From Camelus dromedarius (taxonomy: Eukaryota): a stretch of DNA of 64,000 nt. Every line of letters begins with the position of its first letter. Within the stretch, counting starts at the first letter, position 1. The stretch covers positions 13,020,001-13,084,000 of the forward strand of contig NC_087447.1 of the NCBI RefSeq assembly GCF_036321535.1. Direction: 5' to 3'. Position numbers and translations under genes: made by a program. Positions 27,205 through 39,121 of this stretch are shown piece after piece. The notes beneath the pieces are model-generated. The model was not told the DNA's origin and made no database searches. It worked only from the letters and a program-made list of their open reading frames with translations.

Positions 27205-27805
27205 TATCCCTAGAAAAAAATTTATTGAAATGTATCTCATGTCACAAAAAATACTAAAAAAGATGCAGACCAAGAATAGTGATATCATACTGTTCATTAT
27301 TTTTAAATCTGAGAAATGTTCATTGTTTCTGAATTTAATACAGTGTCTTAAACAAATCATGATTCTTAAAGAACTCAGCAAATGTAATCATTTTCATGCC
27401 CAACTGGGTATTTATTTTACGAGTGTAAGACTATGTACATATTCCAGCTTTGTCTTTAGGTTAAGTGTTGTTTTCATACCATATTGACCTGCAGTCATCT
27501 TTTGGTTCATGACTGATTACTGAGATAAAGCGGTGAAGGTTCACACAATCCACAGTCCTCATGGATAACATCCAAATTTAGAGCCAAGCTTACTCAAACT
27601 CCTGTTCCAGGCACTTTAACTTTTGTCAACAACGTAACAATGAAACTTGTCTGGGCTATTTTATAAGGATAAATCACACAAAAATATAATGTACTGTAAT
27701 AAATGCTTTCTGATTTACAGATTATATTTTTCTGAATCTCAAGAGGTGTTAAAACTTTCACATTTTCTTGATCATTTCTGTAGCATGTTAGAAGAAGAAT
27801 GAAGA

Positions 27806-27919
27806 ATATGTGGAGAAAATGAATCTTCTTTAAGTGAATTCCTTCTCTTGGGAATTAGTAATAACCCTGGGATCAAAGTGACGCTATTTACATTTCTAGT
27901 TGCCTGTGTCATTATTGTT
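27806..27919 (+). pseudogene. 5'-only OR5W remnant (gene 4-like); start codon ATG>ATA; rest of the CDS deleted
   Basis: Reads [38 protein letters not shown], matching the gene 4 N-terminus. Upstream 27.2-27.8 kb aligns with 42.15-42.64 kb. Homology stops at about 27919. Confidence 0.85.
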
Positions 27920-28619
27920 AGTGAAAAATACAATGTCCAAGTAAGACATCATCAGTGTCTACATGTAATATCCACGTATAATGCAGTATTACACGTCAGT
28001 TCCTTCATCCTAGTTCTGTCCACCTGCCCAGGCAACGGCCTCCCTAAACACGAGCATAGCCAGTGGTGACACATTAGGGTACATGTGCAATTAGCCACAT
28101 ACAAAAAAAAAAAACTACTATTCTTCACTCTTTTAATAAGCGTGTGACTCTTTCTTAAGAGGCAGCAAATATAATCTAGCTTGATATCTTCTTTAGAAAC
28201 ATGCTATGACCTAGAAAAACAATGACAACAATACGGTGTTGGAATGTTCCTTCAACTCACCATAACTGTGGCTTACAACACACCATTTTTACTTTTTTGG
28301 CTTCAGTTTCCACTCTGTCCCAAGAGGGATTTGAACTGGATAATCTTTATTGTACATTGTAGCTACCACATACTGTATCTATGTTGATTTGATTTTATCA
28401 ATGAATAATGCACAAACCTACATTTGGGGAGATAAAAGAGAATAACAGATGGGTGGGAATTTATTTATACCAAAGGACTGCATTACATTTCTAGGCCAAT
28501 TTGACCCAAAATGGAAGTGGTAATGATGATAGAAAAAAATAGCTTAGGCTGCATGAGCCTTAATGCTATCAAGATGTATCTGTTCTGCATTTTGATTTTA
28601 AGAGACACTTCGTAAAAAT

Positions 28620-29330
28620 GGATATCCACATTTTTCAGTCATCAGGGAAATCGTGTAATCTACACAATGGCTGAAATTAAAATGACAGACAACATGGAGC
28701 ACTGGTTAGGATGTGAAATAGCCAGAACACTCACTCACTGAAAATGTGATAGTGGAAGCATGCGTTTCTATAATTCTTTGGAAAACAGTATGGTGATATT
28801 TAAACTTTATACACACACGGGTGCACACACGTTTGAATCCTAGTTTTATACACAAGATAAATGACTGCATCTCTAACAAAAGACAAGTACAAGAATATTC
28901 ACACTAACATTATTAGTAATACAAAAAAGGGGGGAATATCCTCAACTGCCTATCAACATTAAAGTAGATAAATAAATAATGATATATTTGTACAAAGTTT
29001 TACTATTCAACAAGAAGCATGAATGTCCTGAAATTCAAGCAACAGCAGGGATGGTTTGCACAGGTATGTTGTTGAGTGAAACGGTACATTCTATAAGCAT
29101 CCACTTTTGTGTGGTTCAAAAAAATACAAAACTAATCAATCATAATAAAAGTCAAGAAAGTGTTTACTTCTTGGCGATAAGAGATCAGCAATTTAGGGAG
29201 GGACATATAGAAGGCTTTGTTGATTCTGGAAATTTTATATTTTTTGGTCTGGGTCCTGACTACAAGGCTAATTTTTTTGAAGATGTATGTGTGTTAATTT
29301 AAGGATTCTCTGCAAGTACATTACACATCA
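28620..29330 (+). mobile_element. Old L1M(E) fragment
   Basis: Degenerate L1 3' motifs (ggaaatcgtgtaat...atggctgaaattaaaatgacagac...ttggaaaacagtatgg). Confidence 0.5.
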
Positions 29331-29899
29331 GAAACATTTTCCAAAAGCAAATATTCACCATTAGATTACAAGTGACTTCAGAATTTTGTTAATATAAACT
29401 ATTATCTTTAGATATTCTTTATACATAAAAGTGTATATTTTTAGAAAATGAACAGTGTGACTTTCATATTTAGTTAGTGAATAATGATCTCTTTTGTTAT
29501 TGTAAATGCAAAAATATCTTATTTGACTCATGAGCACTCAATATTTTTTCCAGCAACACGAAGTCTTAATGAACTTGTTTGCCTTGGTACCAATTATCAG
29601 GCCCAGAACTCAGGGCCACACAATTATTTTCCAAAGGTCGGTGTTCAGAAGTAGACAGTTACGTATAAAGTGTTCCATGTAGAGGCACAGTGGCACAGGG
29701 GAAATCATACAGACACAGATTTTTTTCTCCCTTGCTTGTCTCTGATGTATTAAATTCCAACTATGTGATTCTCTCCTGTGATGTAAGAAAGCCAACTTCA
29801 AGTCAAACTAAAACCCTTTAAGAAGTTAATTATCCATTTTTTAAAAAAAATAATAATACAGCTACTGCAGCTCATTCCCCCATAATGGAGGAAAGTCAC

Positions 29900-30650
29900 C
29901 CTAAATGGTCTGCAGGGGCAGTCATGTTTAGGAAGCTAAATTTAGGTGCTGTCTCAGCAGAGTGAAACCCAAAGAGATTTGTCATCCCTGGAGACAGAGA
30001 AGCACCTGATGCAAAAATGAGTTTGAAAAGGAGTCAGAATAAAACTACCAAGGAAACCCCATCCTTCAAACATGCAGCCAGAGAAGCAGTTAACGGCAGG
30101 AAAGCCCTTGGGTGACACAAACATATCAGCACCTTCAGTTCAATACGTGTCAAAGTATTATAATTACTTAGTTTGAGTTAGGTCTCAACAATGTCACTTA
30201 TAACAGTCAATTAAATATATTTGTAAAGAAATTGTCACTCAAATAATTACTCTAATTAGTCATCACTCTAATTAACTGCAATTAGGCAACAATTAATATA
30301 TCACGAAGGTACCCTTTACCACATATCAAGAAGACTTTATTTTAATGATTTTGGCCAACAGTGTGTTCTACCTTTATAAGATCTCGAAAAAAATCTAGGT
30401 CCCTGTATAGCTCCCAGTGAGGTTTCAGAAGAAACAAATTCCCTGGAGTATTTGTAAACACACTCTAGCTTAATACTCATCCCTTCATCAATTACTTTGT
30501 GCACATTCAAAATTTCACTTTACCTCTTTTTCTAGTAAAGAAATTAATTAACTGCAGTAAGGCAGAACCCATAGTAGGAACACATTATTGTGTGTTTCAT
30601 TCAGGAGTAGAAATTAACAGATACATAGAAAGTTGTGCTTCTCAGCATCC
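29900..30650. promoter_or_regulatory. Candidate OR enhancer (dense homeodomain and EBF sites)
   Basis: Five TAATTA/CAATTA sites in 30244-30295, further sites at 30161, 30208 and 30545, TTTTAATGA 30340-30348, EBF-like TCCCTGGAGA 29985-29994 and TCCCTGGAG 30440-30448. Confidence 0.4.
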
Positions 30651-30794
30651 TGAAATGATTCATGTATTTTAAAGTATCACTCAGAATGTGGCCAAAAAAA
30701 TAGTGTATCCCCTAAGGCTGCCATGTTGCACAACTTCAGGGGCAACATTTTACTTATTTCCTTGTCCTCCCTGGATTTGGGCGGTACAGTGTTT

Positions 30795-31087
30795 ACTTGA
30801 TACATTTATACATTGGAATTTAATTACCACCATATCTTTAGTTAACACCCACATCAGTCACATAATTATTGTCCATTTCTTGTGATGAGAACATTTAAGA
30901 TCTAGTCTGTTAGCAACTTTAAGGTATATAATAACAGTATTGTAACTAATCACAACGCTGTGTGTTAGATCTCCAGAGCTAAATTCATCTTACAACTGCA
31001 AGTTTGTACACTTTAACCAATAGCTCCTCAATTCCTCCACCCCCAGCCCCTGGCAACCACCATGCTATACTCCGTTTCTATGAGATC
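30795..31087 (-). mobile_element. L1MA-type 3' end
   Basis: gtgatgagaacatttaagatcta...ttagatctccagagc...cccagcccctggcaaccacc. Confidence 0.75.
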
Positions 31088-31392
31088 GTCACACAGAAGT
31101 TTTTTCCGAAACAAAGGAACCTTGGCTTTTCTTTTTTTTAAACCGTATCCCAACACATTTTTTATAGACCATCCTTGTACTTATCAACTATATTAGTAAA
31201 GCGCCTTCAAAGGCTATTTATTTCAATTTTTTTTGGAACTTCTACCAGTGTTATCACCAGAGATAGGGGACATCCCCTATCCAAACAACATTATCAAGTA
31301 ATAATGTTAAAATACTTAATAACACTCATTTACTGAGTTGTTACTCATGGAAATCTTATGCTAAGGATGGCTGAAATGTACCAAGACACGGA

Positions 31393-31857
31393 CAGTCATA
31401 CCTTGGAGATACCGCAGGTTGAGTTCCAGGCCACCATGATAAAGTGAATATTCCAACAAAGAGAAGCAGGCAATTTCTGGTTTCCAAGTACATATGAAAG
31501 TTACATTTACACCATACTGCAGTCTATTCAGTATGCAATAACACTAGCTCTAAAAAAAAAAGGTAATACTATAATTAAAAAATACTTTATTGACAAAAAA
31601 AAAAGCATTTGAGCTTTCAATGAGTGGTAGTAATAACATCAAAAATCACCAATCACAGATCACCATTACAAATATATTAATGATGAAACAGTTTGGAAAT
31701 TGTGACAATTAGGAAAATGTGACACATTGCCATGAAGTGAGCAAATTCTGCTGGACACGCAGTGCTAACAGACTTGCCTGACATAGGGCTGCCACAAGCC
31801 TGCAATTTGTAAAAAACCACAATTATCTGCAAAGCACGATAAAATGAGGTATGCCTG
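31393..31857 (-). mobile_element. Internally deleted Tigger1-type DNA transposon
   Basis: Terminal inverted repeats CAGTCATACCT and AGGTATGCCTG; internal Tigger1-like sequence. Confidence 0.8.
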
Positions 31858-31918
31858 TGAATGAATGAAGTACATTGTTCAATAAAGAGTGTGCTGTGTG
31901 TGATGGATGTTTTACAGT

Positions 31919-32410
31919 TGAAGGAGAACAGAATACGCCCCTCCAAAATATGCCACTTTGGCTTAATAATTATTTTTAATTCACAATCCTTAAGAAACAG
32001 CTGGTGGAAAAGGGACCCCCTGACCCTCCTCTGTGTCTCTGAAGGCAGGAAATCAATGTCCTGTGTGAAGTTTCCCCTCCTTGTGCCAGAAAGGTAGAAA
32101 GCATTCATAGCACCAGAAACAGGGAATTAAGGGCCAAGAAGGCTGCATAACCAAACCTTGTTACTACTTTACTGGTAGTAACCAGCGTAATCCCCTTTGT
32201 CCCATCAATTCATCACAACTTTAATGTTTTCTTGTCTAAAAGGAATAAAAGCTGCCTGCTTTGGGCACTTTGCATGTCATTCTTTTTATGAGACCCCTAT
32301 ATGTAGAAAATTAAACTCATTTTTCTCCTGTTACTTTGTCTTATGTCAATGTAATTATTAGGCTAGTGAGAGAACTAGAAGGAAAGAAGGGAATGTCTTC
32401 TGTACCTACA
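31919..32410 (+). mobile_element. MER34-like solo LTR
   Basis: Starts TGAAGGAGAACAGAATACGCCCCTCCAAAATATGCC and ends tacctaCA. Confidence 0.7.
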
Positions 32411-32721
32411 TAATCAAAAAAATCATTGAAATAAGGGTGATTGACATGTACTCAGGGGAAAGACTCAGACAATGACTAATGGTCAAATCAGTATGTAAGA
32501 TGATCAAATCTCGGAATGAGAACTGAAGTTTCAGAAATGGAGGAAGTTGGATGACAAATGAAAAGGAGAAGAAAGTCATTAGCACAGAATCTAGCTTCAC
32601 TGGAGGAGAGATTTACAGTAGCCATGAAGCATGACATTAAACTCTGGTAAATTTCTGACATCGATTTGGTGAAAAGAATAAAGAATTAAAAGGTCAGCCT
32701 TTGCTCAAGTCACTGCAGCAG

Positions 32722-32903
32722 TCACAAGAGAAAATACAGAAACAGAAACCTAATTCCTCATGTTCTCATAACACAAAAACGCAAGGATGGAGGCTCTAGA
32801 GATTTAAGTCCCAACAGTCACTAGACAGAAATAAAATGCGATCTGCCTACTGTATACGGACCGGAGAAAAAAGGACAGAAAGCCTCGCTCATTTCAGGTA
32901 GGT
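32722..32903 (+). promoter_or_regulatory. Orphan OR5W2-type promoter module (no own CDS downstream)
   Basis: Homologous to 41.14-41.40 kb. TCACAAGAGA 32722-32731, TAATTC 32751-32756, donor CAG|GTAGGT at 32898. Confidence 0.55.
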
Positions 32904-33339
32904 TTCTAAATGGCTAAATTTAAAGCATATGGGAAAGGAGGTAAACCTCACTTTTATGGAAAAGTGAAGAATCAAGTATTGGGGATGTGTAAATGAATCA
33001 TTTTATGCCTGCTTACTTAGTTAGTTAAATACCACAATCTAGTAACCAAATACAATGGCAACTTCTGAAATTCCTCTCCAGAAATTTGCTTATGAACCAG
33101 ACACCCAGTGCCACTCTGAGTCACTGTAGCATTTAACAACTCACTCTTCCCTGCTAGACTTCAGCCCCTTCTCTGTAAAAGAAAACCTGTCTCTACGTAT
33201 CTGTGATCTACTCCTGTGCAAACCTACCCCCACAATCGGAGGTATTAAACACATAAAACTTTTAAAAACACCGAAAACAGACCTCTTTCATCACCACACA
33301 AAAGAATTGCTTAGTATCTCAAGGCTGATTTGACTTGAA

Positions 33340-33470
33340 ATGGCAATAATAATGGTATTATATGTAATAATAATCATGATAATAATGTATGTTATAATAT
33401 GTAATAATATGTGATAAGAATAATTATAATAACAATAATATAATATATATGTTATTATAATAATGCTATA
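33340..33470. repeat. AT-rich low-complexity (TAA)n-like tract
   Basis: Degenerate ataat repeats. Confidence 0.8.
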
Positions 33471-33521
33471 AATGAGGAAATGAGCTGTAGAAGACCAAAT
33501 ACTCTTAAACCCAACACCTTT

Positions 33522-33564
33522 TTTTAAAAACATTTTTTTTTTATTGAGTTATAGCCATTTTACT
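33522..33564 (-). mobile_element. Extremely truncated camelid L1 3' tip with 10-bp TSD
   Basis: ttttattgagttatagccattttac flanked by caacaccttt at 33512-33521 and 33565-33574. Confidence 0.7.
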
Positions 33565-36315
33565 CAACACCTTTAACTGGGCCCCAATTTGACACCCAGA
33601 CTTTAGTAGACTTATCATAGAAATGCGTGTACAACTTTTTTCTGTATGCAGGTAAATAAAACTGTAAAACTCAGTCAGATTGTAGACAATGGCAGCATTT
33701 CATTCTTTTTCACTCTTTAGCAGATCCTGGTACGCAGTGTTTTTCAATATATTCTTGTAAAATTAGTAAAGCATATAATTTTCATAGATTTATGAGTTTC
33801 AAATAGCAATGAGTATGCTTTATGTTACTGAAAAGCACTGTTTTACTTATAGAACAGAGATGTTTAGCAAGCCAAGCAATGTTGTCTTGTTTTAGGCAAC
33901 AGGGACCTAGTAAACCTAGCTTTTCTGGGTTCCATTATTACGCACTGAATTTATAGGATAATGGTCCATGCCTCTGGGCCAGACAACCATTTTCTGGAAG
34001 AAGGTGAGCAAAAGCAAACCTTTGCCTGCTTAGTGTTAGGTTTAGGAGCACCAATGAGACCAGAACAAAACACATAGACACAGATTTATTTCTAGTGTCT
34101 TAACTGCTACCTAATGTCTTCCCCTGAGCTATTCTCTGTTAACATACCAGCTTTGGGGAAGTAATTTATAATCTGATTTTTCAGCGATACATTACTACCC
34201 ACATTCCAGATTGAATGGCGAGTGGGAGATGAACTACGTGGTTCATGAGATTGCAGCCTGCGCCCTGCTAACAAGGACAGCCTGGGGGACTTAGCGCCCC
34301 TCGGGATGCGGAAGCACCTGAGGGAAACATGAGTGTGGGAAGGCACCAGAAGGCGGTCACCAAGGATGACTCTGTCTCCTTCAAATATGCACCAGAGAAG
34401 AAGGGAATGACAGTACAGTTCTGGGCATCACAAGTCTATCATGGGGTTATGATTTCCTGATGGAAAATGACCAGCAATTTCTTAGGTAATTTCAGAGTTG
34501 CCGCAACAATTTCTCCCACAGGAGGACATTAGGTATTTTACTATTGGGCACATCACTCAAAAAATAACAATGCGTTAGAAAAAGACGTTAAAACTGGTAC
34601 TAGAATCATTTTTCCAAAAATTAAAAATATACTAATTTCATCAAATTTTGCCTGAAGAGTATTCTGACTTTATAGAAAGCAGAAAGAAAGTCCATAACAG
34701 CAAACAATACAAATTAGTATACAGAAGCAGCTGCAAACCTGCGTTTCTGTCTACTCAAAGCTAATCTTTGGGGGAAAAAAATGAAACTACCTGACATATT
34801 ACAATACATAAACTGCATGCCCTGCACACTGTTTCTTGTGTTTTTTTTTTTACACAAATTTTAAATTTACAGGTCTGTGGCAGTTAAATTAACTGCAGTA
34901 AGATTAAAGATGCGCAGCTAATGTACATGGTTATTGTACATTTCGGGGAACATTTATCCACTGTGTTCATTTAAAGAACACACAGCAACCTATGCTTGTA
35001 CGTGTAGTGCAATGATTTATATATAATAAAACATTTTCAATAAATGGTCAATACAGTGATTATCCCCCTAACATCAAGGGATTCCAGCTTGTTCAGTTTC
35101 TATCTGATTCCTGAGACTTTCCAGTGAAGCCAGCCCCCCACAGCATCTTCACTTCACACTGACATTTACTATGTTCCAGTGTCCAGGTGATATGAATAGA
35201 GCAGATCACCTCCCAACGTGAACATCTTTCCTATTTGCTCCCCTCTGCCATCAGCCAGTCAAAGCTGGGATCCCACCTTGGTTTAGAAGTGGGACTTGAA
35301 TGGTCTCTCAGTTCTCTAAGAAATCTCAGAGTCTATGGGTTATTAATTTTATGAGTTTTCAAAGTCACTTTAACATAAACATACCGCAACAGTCTATGAG
35401 GCTTTTTAGGAGAGTTGTATTGTAAGACAGATTTGTTTACTGCACTGTATTCAGGAATCCGTTTTGAGTAATTTTGATGCGTCAGAGAAACAATGTCTAC
35501 AGGACTACAGAAGTTTAGTTATCATCTCTGGGTTTCAGTTTCTCTATCATAGAGTGAGGTTGTCAGAAACAACTCAGGACATATGTGATAACATAAAATA
35601 CATGATGTATGAGGTGATAATTAAATATGAGTTGGTAAAAAGGCCCAAATTGCCTCTATTTAAAATCAAATCTCTTTGCATTTAAAAGCCATTGCTTAGA
35701 GTTATTTTAAAGAAAGACCAGATAAATTGTGTATGTATAATTTTACTCATATCAGGAGTTTTATGATATAAAAATTGTATATTAATCAGATGCTCATTAG
35801 CAAAGGACAGAATGAATAAATGCATGTACATCAGTAGAAAGACTACATCGGCTATGTTCATAATATCTATATGTATAAAATATGTTTGTTTTGATGTCAA
35901 TTTTGTTTAAAATGTTAAAATGTCATAATATAGAAAATAAAACTAGTTATCCCTAAGAGCTGTATGTTTATGATTATTTTCTTGCTGTGTTTACAAAAAA
36001 ATGTTTTACCTGTAAATGTGTTTAATGGGCTAGAGTTTGTGCATGTGTGTCCACGGAAGTGTGAGTGTGAGTGACCGTGGCTTTGTTTTTTAAATTATGG
36101 AATTAAAACAAAATGTCTGTATAGAGATTTCTGAGCTGAAAATAAGGACCACTCATTGACCGGACTCATTTTACTATTGTTAAATAAATATAATTGGGCA
36201 GGAAGGTAGAGAGGACAAAAGTAATATTTTCTGAGTTCTGGTTTTTTTTTTTTCTCAGTCACCCTGCCTGTAAGAGATAACAGATGATAGACATACTATT
36301 ATATTTGTCACTTAT

Positions 36316-36370
36316 TCCCCAGAGACCAAGTGCTCGACACCAGGGAGCAGATGCAGAGGTGGTTATATAC
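36316..36370 (+). promoter_or_regulatory. Candidate promoter of OR copy A
   Basis: EBF-like TCCCCAGAGA 36316-36325 and TATATA 36364-36369; conserved in the paralog at 48.7 kb. Confidence 0.45.
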
Positions 36371-36790
36371 GGTCCAGCTCAGTCAGGAGAAGATGCTGGA
36401 TCTTCCTGCAGATAGAGCTGCTCGCAGCAAACAAGTCACGGGTTCTGGTTCAGTTACTATCATCTCTTTCTTGTTTTTCAGACTCAAATTTTAGTTTCCT
36501 TTACCTCTCATTCTTTTTTTTTTAACTGAAAGCATGTTACAAAGCCAAAGTAGGATATGAAATATTATACAAACTTTTATTTCAATTACATTTTTCAAGC
36601 TATTTAATTAAAATACATATATACACAGATAGCAGGGGCTACAAACAAGAGCGACTATGTGGTGGTCAGACATTTTATTTTCTTTTAAATGTCTTACCTG
36701 TACTTTTATACATTTTTTAAGTTTTCATTTTTAAAGGAAAACTTTTTTTTAAAATAATGTATCTACATAGATTTTTAGGGGGGGCATGGC

Positions 36791-37030
36791 ATTTTTTTTT
36801 ATGGAGTTATAGTCAGTTTACAATGTGTCAGTTTCGTACAGCACAGTTCTTCAGTCTTACATGAATATACACATATTCATTTTCATATTACTTTTCACTG
36901 TGAGCTACTATAAGATATTGAATATAGTTCCCTGTGCTGTACAGTGTAAACTTGTTTATCTATTTTATATACACCAGTCAGTATCTGCAAATCTCAAACT
37001 CCCAGTTTATCCCTTCCCACTCCCTCCCCC
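36791..37030 (-). mobile_element. Young camelid L1 3' end
   Basis: T-run, then gagttatagtcagtttacaatg...cccagtttatcccttccc; absent from the paralog at 49.17 kb. Confidence 0.88.
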
Positions 37031-38182
37031 TCGGATGGACAGATATTTAAATGAATTTAAGCCAAGGGTTTGGAGACCCGCACTTTGAACTCTAGACCAT
37101 TATTTGGATACTCATTTTCAGCTCTTCATCTGTCTTCAGCTTCACTTGAATATTCTCAAAGAACAGAGGAGGACATGAATGACATTAATAACATCATTGG
37201 TTGGGGAGAGTATAACAGTGGGGCAAAGAATTCAAGAAACACCAACTTATTTAAGCTAGGAGGAGGCAGATTTCAGCAACATTCACGAGAAATCGTGATC
37301 AAAAGAAACAATAAAACAACGTTCAATTTCTGGGGAATGGGGATGGGGTGGGGTTCAGATGTGACTCTCTCTGAGTACTCTTACCAAGCGTCTTACACAT
37401 CTGATCTGCGGGTGAATAGATCCTGTGGGTGCCGGTCCACCGTGGCAGAAGGACTCAAGCACAAACCACACTGCCTTTCCTGCCTCTGCGTCACTTGTGC
37501 ATCCAGTAACCCTTACATTAGGTCCCGTTCATTCTTCAGAAATTCTCCTGAGTGACAGCCAGTGTCAGGGGGAACGTGGTCAGCCCTGGCGTATTTCTGC
37601 CCGTGCTCTCCAGAATATTGCTCATGCTTCCACCTTCTTTAGCTCTCTCCCTGCCCCAGTGGGCCCTGAATCACAGAATATCTCTATCCTTTGTTGACTG
37701 ATACTGGACCTGAGGGGGTTAATGGGGAAGTGGGGGCGTGTTATATCCAGGAAATTGGCAAAGCAAAAGTCTTGTCAGAAGACATGGGTTATCTGGACCA
37801 ATTAATTTAAGAACTGTTGTCTCAATGCTGAGGACATTAATTTATTGATATGAGATAGAAGTAGCAAAAATTATCATAAATGCAATGAGGTTGGTGTGTA
37901 AATAGCATGACTTAATTTAGATAGAAGTATGCCACAGATGGTACAGTGCTAGACAAATGTAAGTGACATTATTATCATTACCATTGATTGTTTTACACTA
38001 AACTGGATATAGTTTCAGGGAGCCAGTGTACCTCATGCAGCCCTAGCATTCTCTCTTTTCCTAGTTATTGAGATAGAGAAAGAACCAGCAGTTTAGCTGT
38101 GAAGATAGTAAGATGATGTTAACCCTCCACTCCCACCACCTCCGTTTCCTCTACCCCAACCAGGGGTTCCCAGATCTGAGTC

Positions 38183-39121
38183 ATGGCTGCGGAGAACTGC
38201 TCTGTGTCTGCTGACTTCACGTTCCTGGGACTTTCTGGCAGGAGAGATGTGCAGCTGGGGCTCTTCGTGCTCTTCCTGCTGGTTTACGGCATCACTGTGA
38301 TGGCCAACCTAGGGATGATCCTGCTGATCAAGGTGGACCCCAGACTCCACACGCCCATGTATTATTTCCTGAGCAACCTGTCCTTCTGTGACATCTGCTA
38401 CTCCTCCACTGTCTCTCCCAGGATGCTGACTGATTTCCTATCGGAGCAAAAGAGGATTCCATACAATTTGTGTGCCATCCAGATGTTTTTCTTTGGAACC
38501 CTTGCAGATGTGGAATGTCTCATGTTGGCTGTCATGGCTTATGACCGCTATGTAGCCATTTGCAACCCACTACTGTACACAGTCACCATGTCCAGGAGAA
38601 TCTGTACCCAACTTGTGGCTGTCGCCTACATTGTAGGCTTGGTGGATTCGGCAATCCACACCTGTTTCACATTTCAATTGTCTTTCTGCCAGTCTAATAT
38701 CATCAATCACTTTTTCTGTGATATCCCGCCCTTGCTAGCCCTCTCCTCCTCAGACACATCCACAAATGAGATCGTGATGTTCACTTTTATTGGCTGTGTT
38801 GTGGGCTGCAGCATCATCACCGTCCTCCTTTCCTACGGCTACATCATCACCACCATCCTTAGAATGAGCTCGGCACAGGGGAGGCGCAAAGCCTTCTCTA
38901 CGTGTGCCTCCCACTTGACGGCGGTGGCCGTGTTTCACGGCACCCTCCTGTTCATGTACTTCCGACCCAGCTCCAGTTACTCCATGGACACGGACAAAGC
39001 GGCCTCTGTTTTCTACACGGTTGTCATCCCCATGCTAAACCCGCTGATCTACAGCCTAAGGAACAAGGATGTGAAAGGTGCCCTGAAAAAAGCAATCAGC
39101 TCTGAATTATGTTCTGGGTGA
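38183..39121 (+). CDS. Olfactory receptor, second 5W-type subfamily (probably OR5W1-like), copy A, 312 aa
   Basis: [47 protein letters not shown]. Likely splice acceptor ccccaaccag ends at 38163. Confidence 0.93.
   Translation: MAAENCSVSADFTFLGLSGRRDVQLGLFVLFLLVYGITVMANLGMILLIKVDPRLHTPMYYFLSNLSFCDICYSSTVSPRMLTDFLSEQKRIPYNLCAIQMFFFGTLADVECLMLAVMAYDRYVAICNPLLYTVTMSRRICTQLVAVAYIVGLVDSAIHTCFTFQLSFCQSNIINHFFCDIPPLLALSSSDTSTNEIVMFTFIGCVVGCSIITVLLSYGYIITTILRMSSAQGRRKAFSTCASHLTAVAVFHGTLLFMYFRPSSSYSMDTDKAASVFYTVVIPMLNPLIYSLRNKDVKGALKKAISSELCSG

Noticed and set aside
31677-32108. 143-aa minus-strand ORF
   Set aside because: It spans Tigger1 and MER34 remnants and shows no transposase or other protein similarity.
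37070-37555. 161-aa ORF upstream of copy A
   Set aside because: It is not preserved as an ORF in the paralogous 49.2-49.7 kb region and has no recognisable domain.
38877-38892. 16-bp aggggaggcgcaaagc shared by both 5W subfamilies (all six genes)
   Set aside because: It is too short and lies in a conserved motif, so inter-subfamily conversion cannot be separated from shared ancestry without outgroups.
38750-39105. Overlapping ORFs in copies A and B (MKHGHRR..., MCLPLDGG...)
   Set aside because: They are alternative frames of near-identical OR sequence with no homology to known proteins.
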